Shown here piece by piece: positions 40,360-50,239 of a DNA stretch of 64,000 bases (position 1 is its first letter; the number at the start of each line of letters is the position of its first letter). A model generated the notes under the pieces. It was not told where the DNA came from and did no database searches. It was given only the letters and a program-made list of their open reading frames with translations. Position numbers and translations under genes: made by a program. The DNA is from Trypanosoma brucei (Eukaryota), in NCBI GenBank assembly GCA_000002445.1, contig AE017150.2:1056001-1120000 (forward strand), in the 5' to 3' direction.

Positions 40360-41217
40360 ATGTTCAGCGGGCTTCAGCGTGCACTAACGGTTGTAGGATC
40401 GCCGTTAAGGTACTGCAGACGCTTCCACCATGTAACGGCAGTGCGTTTCTTCGCACGCGTGTCAGGCGACTGGAGCTGCCCGTGTGGTTTCTCAAATTTT
40501 GCGTCACGTTCCGTCTGTTTTCAGTGCCACAGGCAGAAACCTGTTTTTCTCCGTGCTGCTGGTGAGACGTATGAGACAGACATTGGTGTTGCACGTTTTG
40601 CCAACTACAAACGTGGTGATTGGGTGTGTACCTGCGGGTCCCACAACTTTGCTAGACGTGAGACTTGCATGTTGTGTTGCGCGCCGTGTCCCTCAGGTGG
40701 CGGAAAGGCTGAAGCGAAAAGGGCCCGACTGCTTCCAGGTGATTGGATTTGTCCCAAATGTACGACACACAACTTCAGAGGGCGCAAGGAATGCATGCTT
40801 TGTAGTGCAGGGGTTCCAGTAGGGGTGGAGAATGCTACAAATCTTAGCAACGAAACTACTAGTGATTTAAAGGGTAAAGAAAACAGTGAAGAATCACAGC
40901 AACCCCCATGGACATGTGTCGCGTGCCACACAGTTAATGTGAAGGCGGATAAACTTTGTGAAGTGTGCGGCGCTTCCCGGACCGAGTCATCGCGGAGCAC
41001 CTATTCGTCAGTAACGCGACCGGATGATTGGACATGCACGGGGTGTAGTTTCTTAAATTTCTCCTCTAGGGTTAAGTGTAAGAACTGCAAAGCACTCCGG
41101 TCGTCTGGTGAGGTTGAAACGAGTGAGGCCATGTGGATTTGTAACTGTGGGTATAAAAACTTTAAGGACCGTTCCTCCTGCCGTGAGTGTGGAGCCTCTA
41201 AAGAATCAGATTCTTAG
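40360..41217 (+). CDS. Protein with six RanBP2-type zinc fingers and an N-terminal mitochondrial-presequence-like segment. Candidate mitochondrial RNA-binding (MRB1-complex type) protein.
   Basis: Six repeats of W-x-C-x2-C-x3-N-x6-C-x2-C (DWSCPCGFSNF...CFQC, DWVCTCGSHNF...CMLC, DWICPKCTTHNF...CMLC, PWTCVACHTVNV...CEVC, DWTCTGCSFLNF...CKNC, MWICNCGYKNF...CREC). The N-terminus MFSGLQRALTVVGSPLRYCRRFHHVTAVRFFARV is Arg-rich and amphipathic. The start is set at Met 40360. The ORF-track start at 40003 translates a polypyrimidine tract. Confidence 0.6.
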   Translation: MFSGLQRALTVVGSPLRYCRRFHHVTAVRFFARVSGDWSCPCGFSNFASRSVCFQCHRQKPVFLRAAGETYETDIGVARFANYKRGDWVCTCGSHNFARRETCMLCCAPCPSGGGKAEAKRARLLPGDWICPKCTTHNFRGRKECMLCSAGVPVGVENATNLSNETTSDLKGKENSEESQQPPWTCVACHTVNVKADKLCEVCGASRTESSRSTYSSVTRPDDWTCTGCSFLNFSSRVKCKNCKALRSSGEVETSEAMWICNCGYKNFKDRSSCRECGASKESDS

Positions 41218-41551
41218 CATGCCGCGCGTCGAATACCGTGCACATCCCTCGAGGCGTCTATTTTTCTTTCTCTTTTTCTTCTTTACTTTACTTCTTCTTT
41301 AATTTTTGTCGTTTTGTTATTGTATGGGACTGAATATTGTTTTCCTCCTCCTCCTACTCCACTTTCTTGAGGAATTAACGAACCTGTGTATGTTGCTCCT
41401 CTAAGTTTTAAAACCACATTGTAGGGGTAAACTCTGTGTCTGTACCCGTCCATGCGCTTGTGCATTTGTTGGTTGGGTTAGAGGTATTCCTCTATTCCTT
41501 TCATGCATTTTCGTCCCTTTTCTCTTTTTTCTCTCTCTCTTTTTTTTTTCG

Positions 41552-43165
41552 TTGGTTCGCATTAGAAAGCACTTTGCCATGCTAACGTTTCCCGGATTTG
41601 TGCCGTTAGGTGAAAAACAGTCTGTTCAAGCGGCATGTGAGGCTCGGCGACGATATCTGGCTGCACATCTTGTGCCTCTGTACGCTAATACGAACCCAAC
41701 CGAACTCTGGAATAACATCGTTAAGTATAGGGAACATAGTGGTACAGATTCAAATGACTGTGTAGAAACATACGAAGAACTGAGGATATCATACAAGGGG
41801 TATAAGAGTATGGTATATAACCTTGTTTTCCACATGACCATTGAAGAAGATAAAGCGGCACCGGCATCCGAGCGCGAGTCCCGCAAGCGGCTGTACTTTA
41901 GTCACCCGTTTCTTTCCCCTGCCACTTTTTTATCCTTCCCGCGCGCAGAGGATGGAACGATATCTGCCGTTCCCATGTATGCTTTCGCAGCTAAGCGGCT
42001 ACTTCTCTATAGGTTGCGAATTAAACTTGAACTAACTGCGAGGGTTGTTCCTATGGTTCTGCAGGATCCCGTTTCTAAAGTAGCGGGGCAGCTGCGATGC
42101 CCACCGAGTGCATCATCTCCCCTTTCCAATGGTTTAACGCAGGATGATATTGAAAACTTTCTAGTGGAGTTGGTGCCGAATTTGCGCCTCGTGCGGGATA
42201 TACCGCCATGGATGCAACCGTATTATCTCTGTCATGCATCGAGAAAGTTTATGTTCATGTGTGATACGAGACGTACTGGGGCTATAGCCATCGACACCAT
42301 GATGAAGAGCGATGTCTTCTCAGAGCTGCTGCGCATGTATGAGAGTGACGCACAAGATGCCATCACAACTTTTCCAGAGGGTTGCACGGTGGATGTGGCT
42401 GCCTCACATTTAGTGGCAGATACTGGCGTTGATGACACGGTGGCAGCATTAGTTATTTCTTATGAGGGAGAAGGGAATCATCCAGACGACATGTACACTG
42501 TGAAGGCACTGGAGGAAGAAACTGTACTTCGCGTCCGCAGAAGTCAGTTATATTGGAACCCGGGCTCTACCGAGTTCCTCACACAAGATGTGTTGAGTAT
42601 GGACAACTGGTTTTCTCTTCCCCTCATGGGTCGAATTTATGAGCACTACACGAGTTTGGACCTTGATGGTGATGGCGTTCTTTCTATAGATGAACTTGCC
42701 CGCTACTGTGACAGTAGTTTTACCAGTTTAGTGGTTGAGCGGGTATTTGAGTGCCACGTCCCGCACAGCGGCAAGCATCATGTAATGGATTATAAGACAT
42801 ATTTGGATTTTGTCATTGCAACGGAACACGCGGCGACCCTTCCTGCTATGAAATACATTTGGAGCATTCTAGATTTAGAAGGAACAAAGTCGTATGTTAC
42901 TGTAGATACCCTGCGGGGTTTCTGCAAAGAGGTTGCAAGTGAACTCATTGCTAATGGTCTCATGACTGATATTTCAGCGCAATCAATTCTATCAGAAGTG
43001 ATTGATATGATCAATCCTAAGTGGCACGAATGGGTAGAATTTGATGACATTGTACGATCTGGTCACCAGGCAACTGTGTTGCCCATCTTGTTGAGTTACC
43101 GTAATTTCTACGCATATGATTGTCGCGAGCAAACGGCAGCTGAAGCCAATGATGAATATGCGTAG
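41552..43165 (+). CDS. EF-hand-containing protein, possibly a PP2A regulatory B'' (PR72-like) subunit.
   Basis: A canonical EF-hand loop, DLDGDGVLSIDEL, is embedded in YTSLDLDGDGVLSIDELARYCD. This resembles the B''-family motif WFRC(I/M)DLDGDG(A/V)LS..EL.YF. Confidence 0.4.
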   Translation: MVRIRKHFAMLTFPGFVPLGEKQSVQAACEARRRYLAAHLVPLYANTNPTELWNNIVKYREHSGTDSNDCVETYEELRISYKGYKSMVYNLVFHMTIEEDKAAPASERESRKRLYFSHPFLSPATFLSFPRAEDGTISAVPMYAFAAKRLLLYRLRIKLELTARVVPMVLQDPVSKVAGQLRCPPSASSPLSNGLTQDDIENFLVELVPNLRLVRDIPPWMQPYYLCHASRKFMFMCDTRRTGAIAIDTMMKSDVFSELLRMYESDAQDAITTFPEGCTVDVAASHLVADTGVDDTVAALVISYEGEGNHPDDMYTVKALEEETVLRVRRSQLYWNPGSTEFLTQDVLSMDNWFSLPLMGRIYEHYTSLDLDGDGVLSIDELARYCDSSFTSLVVERVFECHVPHSGKHHVMDYKTYLDFVIATEHAATLPAMKYIWSILDLEGTKSYVTVDTLRGFCKEVASELIANGLMTDISAQSILSEVIDMINPKWHEWVEFDDIVRSGHQATVLPILLSYRNFYAYDCREQTAAEANDEYA

Positions 43166-43468
43166 AGCGAATGATGATGAGAAGTATCAGAGTGCCGGTT
43201 GCATTTGTAGTGCTGAGGCGGTAAAACCCTCATGCACATTTTTTTTTTCCAAAACAAAAAAAGTAATAATAATTTATTTTGGAACCCTTACGAGCAAATA
43301 TTCAAGCACCCTATTTTTTTTTTCTGTTTCCGTTTCTGTTTTTTTTTTTTTCGTCCTCCTGTCTGCTCAAACGTAGGTGCATAATGTCTCCCTGAATTAT
43401 GTAACTCAACCCTCTTTTTCATTTTCTTTCCTTTTACATTCACATATAAAAAAAAAATGCGTATATAT

Positions 43469-43512
<44 letters not shown>

Positions 43513-43560
43513 TTATTTATTATTTCTTGTGTTATAAAGGGCAGAGGAGGAGGAAAGGAG

Positions 43561-43881
43561 ATGGTTAACTACCCCAAAAAGAAGAAAATGCATTGCCCTG
43601 ATGAAAGGTGCAATGCTCACAAGAGTTTTAAGGTAGTTCAGTATAAAGCTGGTAAGGCACGTTTGTATGCCAGAGGTAAGCGCCGTTACGACCGCAAACA
43701 GTCCGGTTATGGTGGTCAGACGAAACCTATTTTCCACAAGAAGGCGAAAACGACAAAAAAAATTGTTTTGAAGCTTCAGTGCTCCAACTGCAAGTCGATT
43801 ATTCAAAATGTCTTGAAGCGCACGAAGCACTTTGAGCTGAATGACAAAAAGAAGACTGGCAACAAGGATCCTACATGGTAA
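43561..43881 (+). CDS. RPL44: 60S ribosomal protein L44 (eL42 / L36a family).
   Basis: [40 protein letters not shown] and the HFEL motif are near-identical to eukaryotic L44/L36a. Confidence 0.9.
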   Translation: MVNYPKKKKMHCPDERCNAHKSFKVVQYKAGKARLYARGKRRYDRKQSGYGGQTKPIFHKKAKTTKKIVLKLQCSNCKSIIQNVLKRTKHFELNDKKKTGNKDPTW

Positions 43882-44374
43882 ACGTAGGTTAAACCTTCGA
43901 TTCGCGATATCGTTGTGGGGTCCGATTATTTTCTATCTTGACTTCAGTCCTTCTTTTACCTTTCGTCTTATCTTATTCTGACCCTCTTGTTCATTTCCTT
44001 CTTTCTTTTTTTTTTTTAAAAAAGAGACTGACTCTTTCCGTATTTACTTTTACACCTGATGGTGTGGGAGTAATAATGCATGTGACAACATATGAGTAGG
44101 GCAGGCAGCGCTGTGCACTTTTTTTTTTTGGGGGGGGCACAAAACTATGGTTTCCCCATCCATTCCTTTACTTTTGTTAGGCAAGAGTGGATGCGTTATG
44201 GTTAAAGGGGGATGCACGTGTGCGTTTCTTTTATCTGTAGTAATTAAGGAGGTTCACTTTAACTTCCTTTTATTTTCTCTTCTTTTTTTTCTTTTTGACT
44301 GGAAATGAAGTCATATTGTAACATACAACAACAACAACAAAGGAAAAAAGAAATAGAGAGGAAATAGGAGGAGA

Positions 44375-44409
<35 letters not shown>

Positions 44410-44462
44410 GTGTGTGTATTTATTCACCTACTTCAGTCCTAAAAGGGAGTGAGTAGGCGAAG

Positions 44463-45926
44463 ATGCTGCGGTCCTTGTTGTTACGAGGAGCCGCGGTGCT
44501 TCGTGGTTTGCCATCCGTTAAAAAGAAGGAGTTGAAAGGGATGGTAAAAGCCAAAAAAGCAGCGAAGTTGAATGCAAAGGGATCATCAGAACCCGTAGTG
44601 AAAACAAAAGAGAAAACTAAACCAAAAGCGGAGCAGCGAGTAACAGCTGCGGACAAACAACGAAAGCAACGTGAAAGAGAAGCAGAGCGGTTGTTTCTGC
44701 AAATGGTGAGGGAAGAGCGGAAGCGGCGCCGGTTAGTCATTCGGGCTGCCATACGGAAAGCGGTATCGAAGGAGAAGGAGGAAGAATCCAAACTTGTTCG
44801 TCACTATGCCGCCAATAAACGAAAGGCCATTGCAGAGTTGCAGAGATTAAAGCAAGAAGATGTGGCAGCATCCGTTTCACCAGCTCCTCCACGGAAGACT
44901 ACTCGAGGGCGCCGCGCGGCGAAAGCAGCTGATGCCGAAGCGGAACGTGCATTCAAAAAGAAAATAGAATCTGAAGCAGAACAAAAGTTTTTACTTCTGA
45001 TTGAAGAATTGAGCAAGAAGAGACGCGAGGAACTACAGAATGCGGCTGCGCTTTTGAAGAAACAAAAGGAGGCCGAAAGCGCGCCACCGGTGATGGCTGT
45101 GGCAAATGAGGCTCCGTTAGCGGCACCTGAAGCAGCGGAAGCTGTTGAGGCTCTAGCAGCAGAGGAAATGGCAACAACAAAAACGAAACGTAGAAGACGA
45201 GTGAAGTCAGAGACACAACCTGAAGTAGTGGCGGCGGTTGTGGAAGAGGGGAATGAGGAAGAAATAATTCATGCTCCAGTTATCGAAGCGAAGGGAAGAA
45301 GAAACAGAAGTCCACGCAAGGAGGGACCAAAAACTGTTGTAGCACCCGCTGTAATAGCGCCTGTTGTTGAGGGGGAGGATCTGCTTCCAGTAGTTGTTGC
45401 AACTGCAGCCGAAGAGGAACCAGTCATAAAAGATGTGACTGTAGAAGCTGTGGATGATGTGCAGGAGGTGGCGCCAGTGGAGAAAAGTGAAGTGAAAAAA
45501 ACACCACGGCAGCGTCGCTCGTCGCCGAAGGCGGTGAAACTTCCGTCCGTAGCAGCCCCAGTTACTCCTGTTGTGGATCATACACCTCCATTAGTTGCAT
45601 ATGCCGAAGTTCCAGCAACCCAACAGCAACAACAGCAACAGCAACAACAGCAACTGAGTCATGCATTTTCTCTAGCAGGTTTTGCTGATGCACCGTTAGT
45701 TCCTCTCACGGGCCCCACTACTCCATTTGTGCAGCGGGGCCTTACCGGAGTTCCCTCCTTTGATATTCCCGTCGTTCCGTTACGTGCAAATCCCGTGGAA
45801 ACTTTGGTTCACAACACGAGGGGTGTTGTGCCCGCCCCACCAGCGCAATTTACTCTTAACATTCCCGCCGCTCAACCAGCGACAACACCTCAAAGAATAA
45901 CAAATACCGGACTTCTTCGACTTTAA
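44463..45926 (+). CDS. Hypothetical basic Lys/Ala/Glu-rich protein with an internal repeat of about 100 aa and a poly-Gln tract of 11 residues.
   Basis: 487-aa ORF. The two repeat halves each contain ...EAER(L/A)F...(R/K)(R/K)RR... The poly-Q run is encoded by (CAA/CAG)n at about 45619-45651. Confidence 0.45.
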   Translation: MLRSLLLRGAAVLRGLPSVKKKELKGMVKAKKAAKLNAKGSSEPVVKTKEKTKPKAEQRVTAADKQRKQREREAERLFLQMVREERKRRRLVIRAAIRKAVSKEKEEESKLVRHYAANKRKAIAELQRLKQEDVAASVSPAPPRKTTRGRRAAKAADAEAERAFKKKIESEAEQKFLLLIEELSKKRREELQNAAALLKKQKEAESAPPVMAVANEAPLAAPEAAEAVEALAAEEMATTKTKRRRRVKSETQPEVVAAVVEEGNEEEIIHAPVIEAKGRRNRSPRKEGPKTVVAPAVIAPVVEGEDLLPVVVATAAEEEPVIKDVTVEAVDDVQEVAPVEKSEVKKTPRQRRSSPKAVKLPSVAAPVTPVVDHTPPLVAYAEVPATQQQQQQQQQQQLSHAFSLAGFADAPLVPLTGPTTPFVQRGLTGVPSFDIPVVPLRANPVETLVHNTRGVVPAPPAQFTLNIPAAQPATTPQRITNTGLLRL

Positions 45927-46204
45927 CAATGTTGGAATTGCGAGTACGGAGACTTTCATGGTGAGAATGTTGGGTGGAGTGGCGTTGGTAAAAAGGCATG
46001 GGGAGAGGAAAGGAAAAACAAAACAAAACAAAAGCAAACAAAGAGAACCAGTAAAAAAACAACAACAACAACAAAAAAAAAAAGGAAGAAACGAAAGCAG
46101 CAAGAAGAACCTCACAAGGGAGAGGGGGGGGGGTGGAAATATAGATAGAAAAGAGGCATATGATATTGAAAACGAAAAAAAAAATAAATGAAAAGAAGTA
46201 AATA

Positions 46205-46217
46205 GGGGGGGGGGGGG
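46205..46217 (+). repeat. G13 homopolymer. A G10 run lies at 46124-46133 in the same intergenic region.
   Basis: Read directly. Confidence 0.9.
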
Positions 46218-46287
46218 AAATTTAGATAAGGGTGGGTCTCACACGCTGCTGTTGGTAGTTTCTGTGTGTTGCTTGTTCATAGATTTA

Positions 46288-46322
<35 letters not shown>

Positions 46323-46732
46323 GTGTGAACAAGGGGAAATGGAAGTGCTGTTAAACTTCTTTTTTTTCCCCTTTAACCGCTCCACACGTCATCGTGCACG
46401 CAAAAAACTTTTTGGCACAGGAAAAAATGACATCAGTAAGAGTACGCTGTTCGTCATTTTTCAGTTTATGTCGATTTTACTATTTTAATCACTCAATTTT
46501 TTATCTTTTGTTTATTTGGTGTAATGTGGCTGTTGTTTTATGTTTTGTTTACCGACTAAAGTTTATTTCAACTGTGCTGCTCTCGCTTCCACATTTTCAC
46601 ATTGAAAAGAAAAAAAAAAAAGAAACATCCCTCCCAAACTCGTTTCGTTCTTTTTTCCATTTCTGTTTTTTTTTTTTTACTTGGCTATTGTTTACCATTC
46701 TTATATTAGTAGCGTGCGTGCAGGTGTGTGTG

Positions 46733-49700
46733 ATGCACGCGAGAATAAATATACGTAACGCCGTGTTTGTACCACTTGGCATTTCCATATGCGCCGCTGC
46801 CGTTGTTATCGCAGCTCGAGCATTATTACGCGAAAGGGCGAGGCCTGCGGTTCTTTTGGATTGCGAGCGGAAGGCATATGAAATACTTGAGATGCTTACG
46901 AGGGCAACAATAAAAACAGATGGGCACGACAGTAAGCAGACGGAATGCAAAGATGACGCCTCCATCGCCATTTTTTTGAATTGCAACGGGGTGGAGTCCA
47001 TACACGTGAGGACTTTAGTGTTTAACCACAATATCATGCAACTTCCGTCCGTGTTTGCAGTTCACTGCGGCTTGATGAAGAATTCGCACCCGGACCATCT
47101 TCTTGTTTGCGACATTTGGAACTGTCTCATGGCGTTGATGAACTGCAGCATCCGTGACATTTTATTGGATGATGGCGTTGCATTGTGTATCCTCGACGAT
47201 GTAAAAGCTGAGGAAGTCTTGGCACTGTGCATGCTGCTGCGAGGTAAATACTCAATCGCGCGGTATCCGCCTGCTGCTCAAGCCGATGTTGTGGTACAGG
47301 AGTTTCCTGAAGAGCTGTATTTGGGTTTAATTACTGCCTATAACAGAAAACGCTCGCTTCAATCCGGAATAACTTCTTTTTGGAAGCTAATGTGCTCCTC
47401 GTGCTCCATTCCGCAACTTGTCACCTTGGCGGCTACCGTATTGTTCTCACCAGAGGTTATTCTGAAATGTATTCTGGGGATGCATGCTTTCGTCCACTGG
47501 CGACCTATCTACGCGGCGGAGATTGGAAAGAGTCTAAACGGCGATGTGTCACCCAAGCTGTCGCCATTCCGGTTTATCATAAAGCAACTTATGGGGCTTC
47601 CAGCGACTTTTGTGTCGATGGCGGTTGCGTCAACGTTTGCCTTTGAGTCGTTGTACTGCATCCGTGGATTTGTTATCCAATCCATCCTATCGGATATTAT
47701 TACTTCTATTCACATTGATGCCTATTTGGCGCTGGCTACGGCCGACTACGATCCTTCTGATGATTGGCTTCTCTCCCGTTGTGTATCGCAGGCTCTTTGG
47801 CAGGCCTCAGGTTCGGTGATGGATGAGCTGCAGAGTCGAGTGCCTGCACTACTTGAAGTGATGCACGGGTGTCGAGTCGTCTTCAGTTTTCCAGTGGTTT
47901 CTCTAGTCATGTGGTTAGGGACTCAATGGAGTAATTTCCTGTACTTTCTTAATGAAAGCCTTTACATGGAGTCGCAGTTTACAAAGAGCCAATTAGCTTC
48001 AGTCACTAATATCGCTACTTCCACTTATGCAGGAAATGGAGAGGAAAATCAGGTGTCTCCCACCTGCTCATTTCCCGTCCAAAATTCCTTGACCTCGTCG
48101 CCCCTAACCCTTCTACAGAAACAGAAGGATGACGGAATAAAGTGTATGTTATCATCTACGGACAACAAAATGTTGTTTCAACAGACTTTCTCCCACCCCT
48201 CCCGTCACGACAAGTCGTCAGTGCAGTACGGTTTGGTGCTCTTTTCAATGGTATTCGTGGAGTCCGGTAGACCACTTGGCTACATGTGGGACCTTCTCAC
48301 ACAACACGTGATATGGCCTTTAGTACCTTCCGTGTTCAGCGGATGCGTTGTGGACGCATTGAAGCGGAAATTACAAGCAGGCGGCCACACATGCGCTGTA
48401 AGTGTGCGACGGCTTGGATGGATAAAAGACGTCATTCAAAACTCACCGCGACCAGCGACTGCGAGTCCGTCCACTTGTGTTTGGCAGTGCCGTCAGGATT
48501 ATCTTCAGGGATTTGCAGCACTTCGTCTTTCCGGGTGGGAGTTGATGGCAGCCACGGCGGCTGCCGCCTTCGCAACAGCGTCGGAGCGGAATGATCGTTA
48601 TGAGCAGTGCGGGCGTGATGTTTTGCACGGGTTGTTTCAGATGGCTGACACGTTGCCACTTTTGCTTGTTTCAGCAGTGGCTCTACGTTTCTCACCTAAC
48701 TTTTTTACGCAATCGGTGTTGGATCAAACCGAGATAGTGAATCAGTTGCGTTCAATTCAACACTGGTGTCCATTGTATCACGCATTCCTCGGCTCTTTTT
48801 ACGACGAGTGCGGTATGAGTGAAGCGCAAGTCGATGAGGCTCACCTCCGGCGGCACCTCGCTTTTAGCGGAAGTTCACTGGGGTGTTATCAAGTTTTGGA
48901 GGGTTTGCAATCAGTTCAGCGGAAAATTGATCGACCCGTACGAGGCATTGTCCCTCCTTCACTGGATGGACCATGGAGTGTGGAGTTTCGTGAAGTTTCT
49001 TTTAGATACAGCGACAGACATCCTTATGTCCTCCGGCGAGTCTCATTTGTCGTAAACAAGGGAGAGTTCCTTGGCATTGCCGGCTACAGCGGGTCTGGGA
49101 AAACAACACTTCTCCGTCTGCTCAATCGAACATATGCTCCAACGGAAGGAGACATTTTTGTGAATGGAGTACATATAAGCCAATACCCTGCTCGCATGTT
49201 GAGGCGCCGAATAGCCAACGTGTGGCAAGAAGAGAACAACTTGAGATTCATTGAGGATCTTTCCATCGGGGGAAATATTGCGTTGGGTAATCTCTGGGAT
49301 TGCAGCGATGAAAACATTTGCGCGGCACTTTCCGCTTCACGTGCGCTCAGCTTCGTGCAGAAGCGTTCATCCGGAATTCATGCACCTTTAAATGTGCGTG
49401 AGTTTAGTGGCGGTGAAGTGGAACGTCTTTGCATCGCACGTGCTTTCGTAAAAGCCGGCTCAGCTGTTGGTCTCTGCATTTTCGATGAACCTACAAGTGC
49501 AATTGATACCATAACTGAAGGAGAAATCTTCGATACGCTGCGGCTCCGTGAGGGAAACAATTTACTACGGGATTCTACCATTATTATTGTGGCGCATCGT
49601 CTTGCAACATTAAAGCATGCGGATAAAATTGTCGTTCTTAATGAAGGAATGGTTGCTGAGGTGGGAAGTTGGGAGACACTTTCCAGAACAGGGCCTCACT

Positions 49701-49753
49701 CATGCTTTTCGAGGATGCGTCAGTCGCAGCAATTGCCCCACTTTGTGAAATAA
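46733..49753 (+). CDS. ABC half-transporter, with a long N-terminal membrane region and one C-terminal nucleotide-binding domain.
   Basis: The NBD motifs are Walker A GYSGSGKTT, Q-loop NVWQEEN, signature FSGGEVERL, Walker B CIFDEPTSAID and H-loop IIVAHRL. The start is chosen at Met 46733 (MHARINIRN). The ORF-track start at 46394 translates the upstream pyrimidine and poly-A tract. Confidence 0.7.
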   Translation: MHARINIRNAVFVPLGISICAAAVVIAARALLRERARPAVLLDCERKAYEILEMLTRATIKTDGHDSKQTECKDDASIAIFLNCNGVESIHVRTLVFNHNIMQLPSVFAVHCGLMKNSHPDHLLVCDIWNCLMALMNCSIRDILLDDGVALCILDDVKAEEVLALCMLLRGKYSIARYPPAAQADVVVQEFPEELYLGLITAYNRKRSLQSGITSFWKLMCSSCSIPQLVTLAATVLFSPEVILKCILGMHAFVHWRPIYAAEIGKSLNGDVSPKLSPFRFIIKQLMGLPATFVSMAVASTFAFESLYCIRGFVIQSILSDIITSIHIDAYLALATADYDPSDDWLLSRCVSQALWQASGSVMDELQSRVPALLEVMHGCRVVFSFPVVSLVMWLGTQWSNFLYFLNESLYMESQFTKSQLASVTNIATSTYAGNGEENQVSPTCSFPVQNSLTSSPLTLLQKQKDDGIKCMLSSTDNKMLFQQTFSHPSRHDKSSVQYGLVLFSMVFVESGRPLGYMWDLLTQHVIWPLVPSVFSGCVVDALKRKLQAGGHTCAVSVRRLGWIKDVIQNSPRPATASPSTCVWQCRQDYLQGFAALRLSGWELMAATAAAAFATASERNDRYEQCGRDVLHGLFQMADTLPLLLVSAVALRFSPNFFTQSVLDQTEIVNQLRSIQHWCPLYHAFLGSFYDECGMSEAQVDEAHLRRHLAFSGSSLGCYQVLEGLQSVQRKIDRPVRGIVPPSLDGPWSVEFREVSFRYSDRHPYVLRRVSFVVNKGEFLGIAGYSGSGKTTLLRLLNRTYAPTEGDIFVNGVHISQYPARMLRRRIANVWQEENNLRFIEDLSIGGNIALGNLWDCSDENICAALSASRALSFVQKRSSGIHAPLNVREFSGGEVERLCIARAFVKAGSAVGLCIFDEPTSAIDTITEGEIFDTLRLREGNNLLRDSTIIIVAHRLATLKHADKIVVLNEGMVAEVGSWETLSRTGPHSCFSRMRQSQQLPHFVK

Positions 49754-50239
49754 AAAAAAAATAAAAATAATGTCATAATGATACCTTCAGTGCATTTGCA
49801 GTACGCCGCGTCCATAAAGAAGAAATGGTGTTGATGAATTTATTATTAATTTTTTAAAAGGAAGGAAGGGTGGAAGAAAAGACAAGAAGAAGAACAAGAG
49901 CCGCTTTTGTTCTTTTTCTTTTTGTTTCGTCTGTTTGTTTCTCCATGGTACATAAAAACTGTGCAGTATTGTTTTCCACCCATTAAAAAAAAATGAGTGT
50001 TAACGCATGAAGTTCCATACAACTGTTTAATTTCATCCAGAAAGAATTCGCCCCAACGTGCCCTACTTCTCAAAATAAAACCCGTTAATTCTTTCGCTAT
50101 CATCCGTTTTGTGTTTTTTTTTCCTTTTCTCATTACTGAATCAGCACTCCTAAAAAAAAGTGCGCCATTCCCCAAAATAGCACGGTAAAGGGCGAATGTT
50201 TGTGTAATTTCGAAAAAAAAAATAAAGGAAGATGTTATA

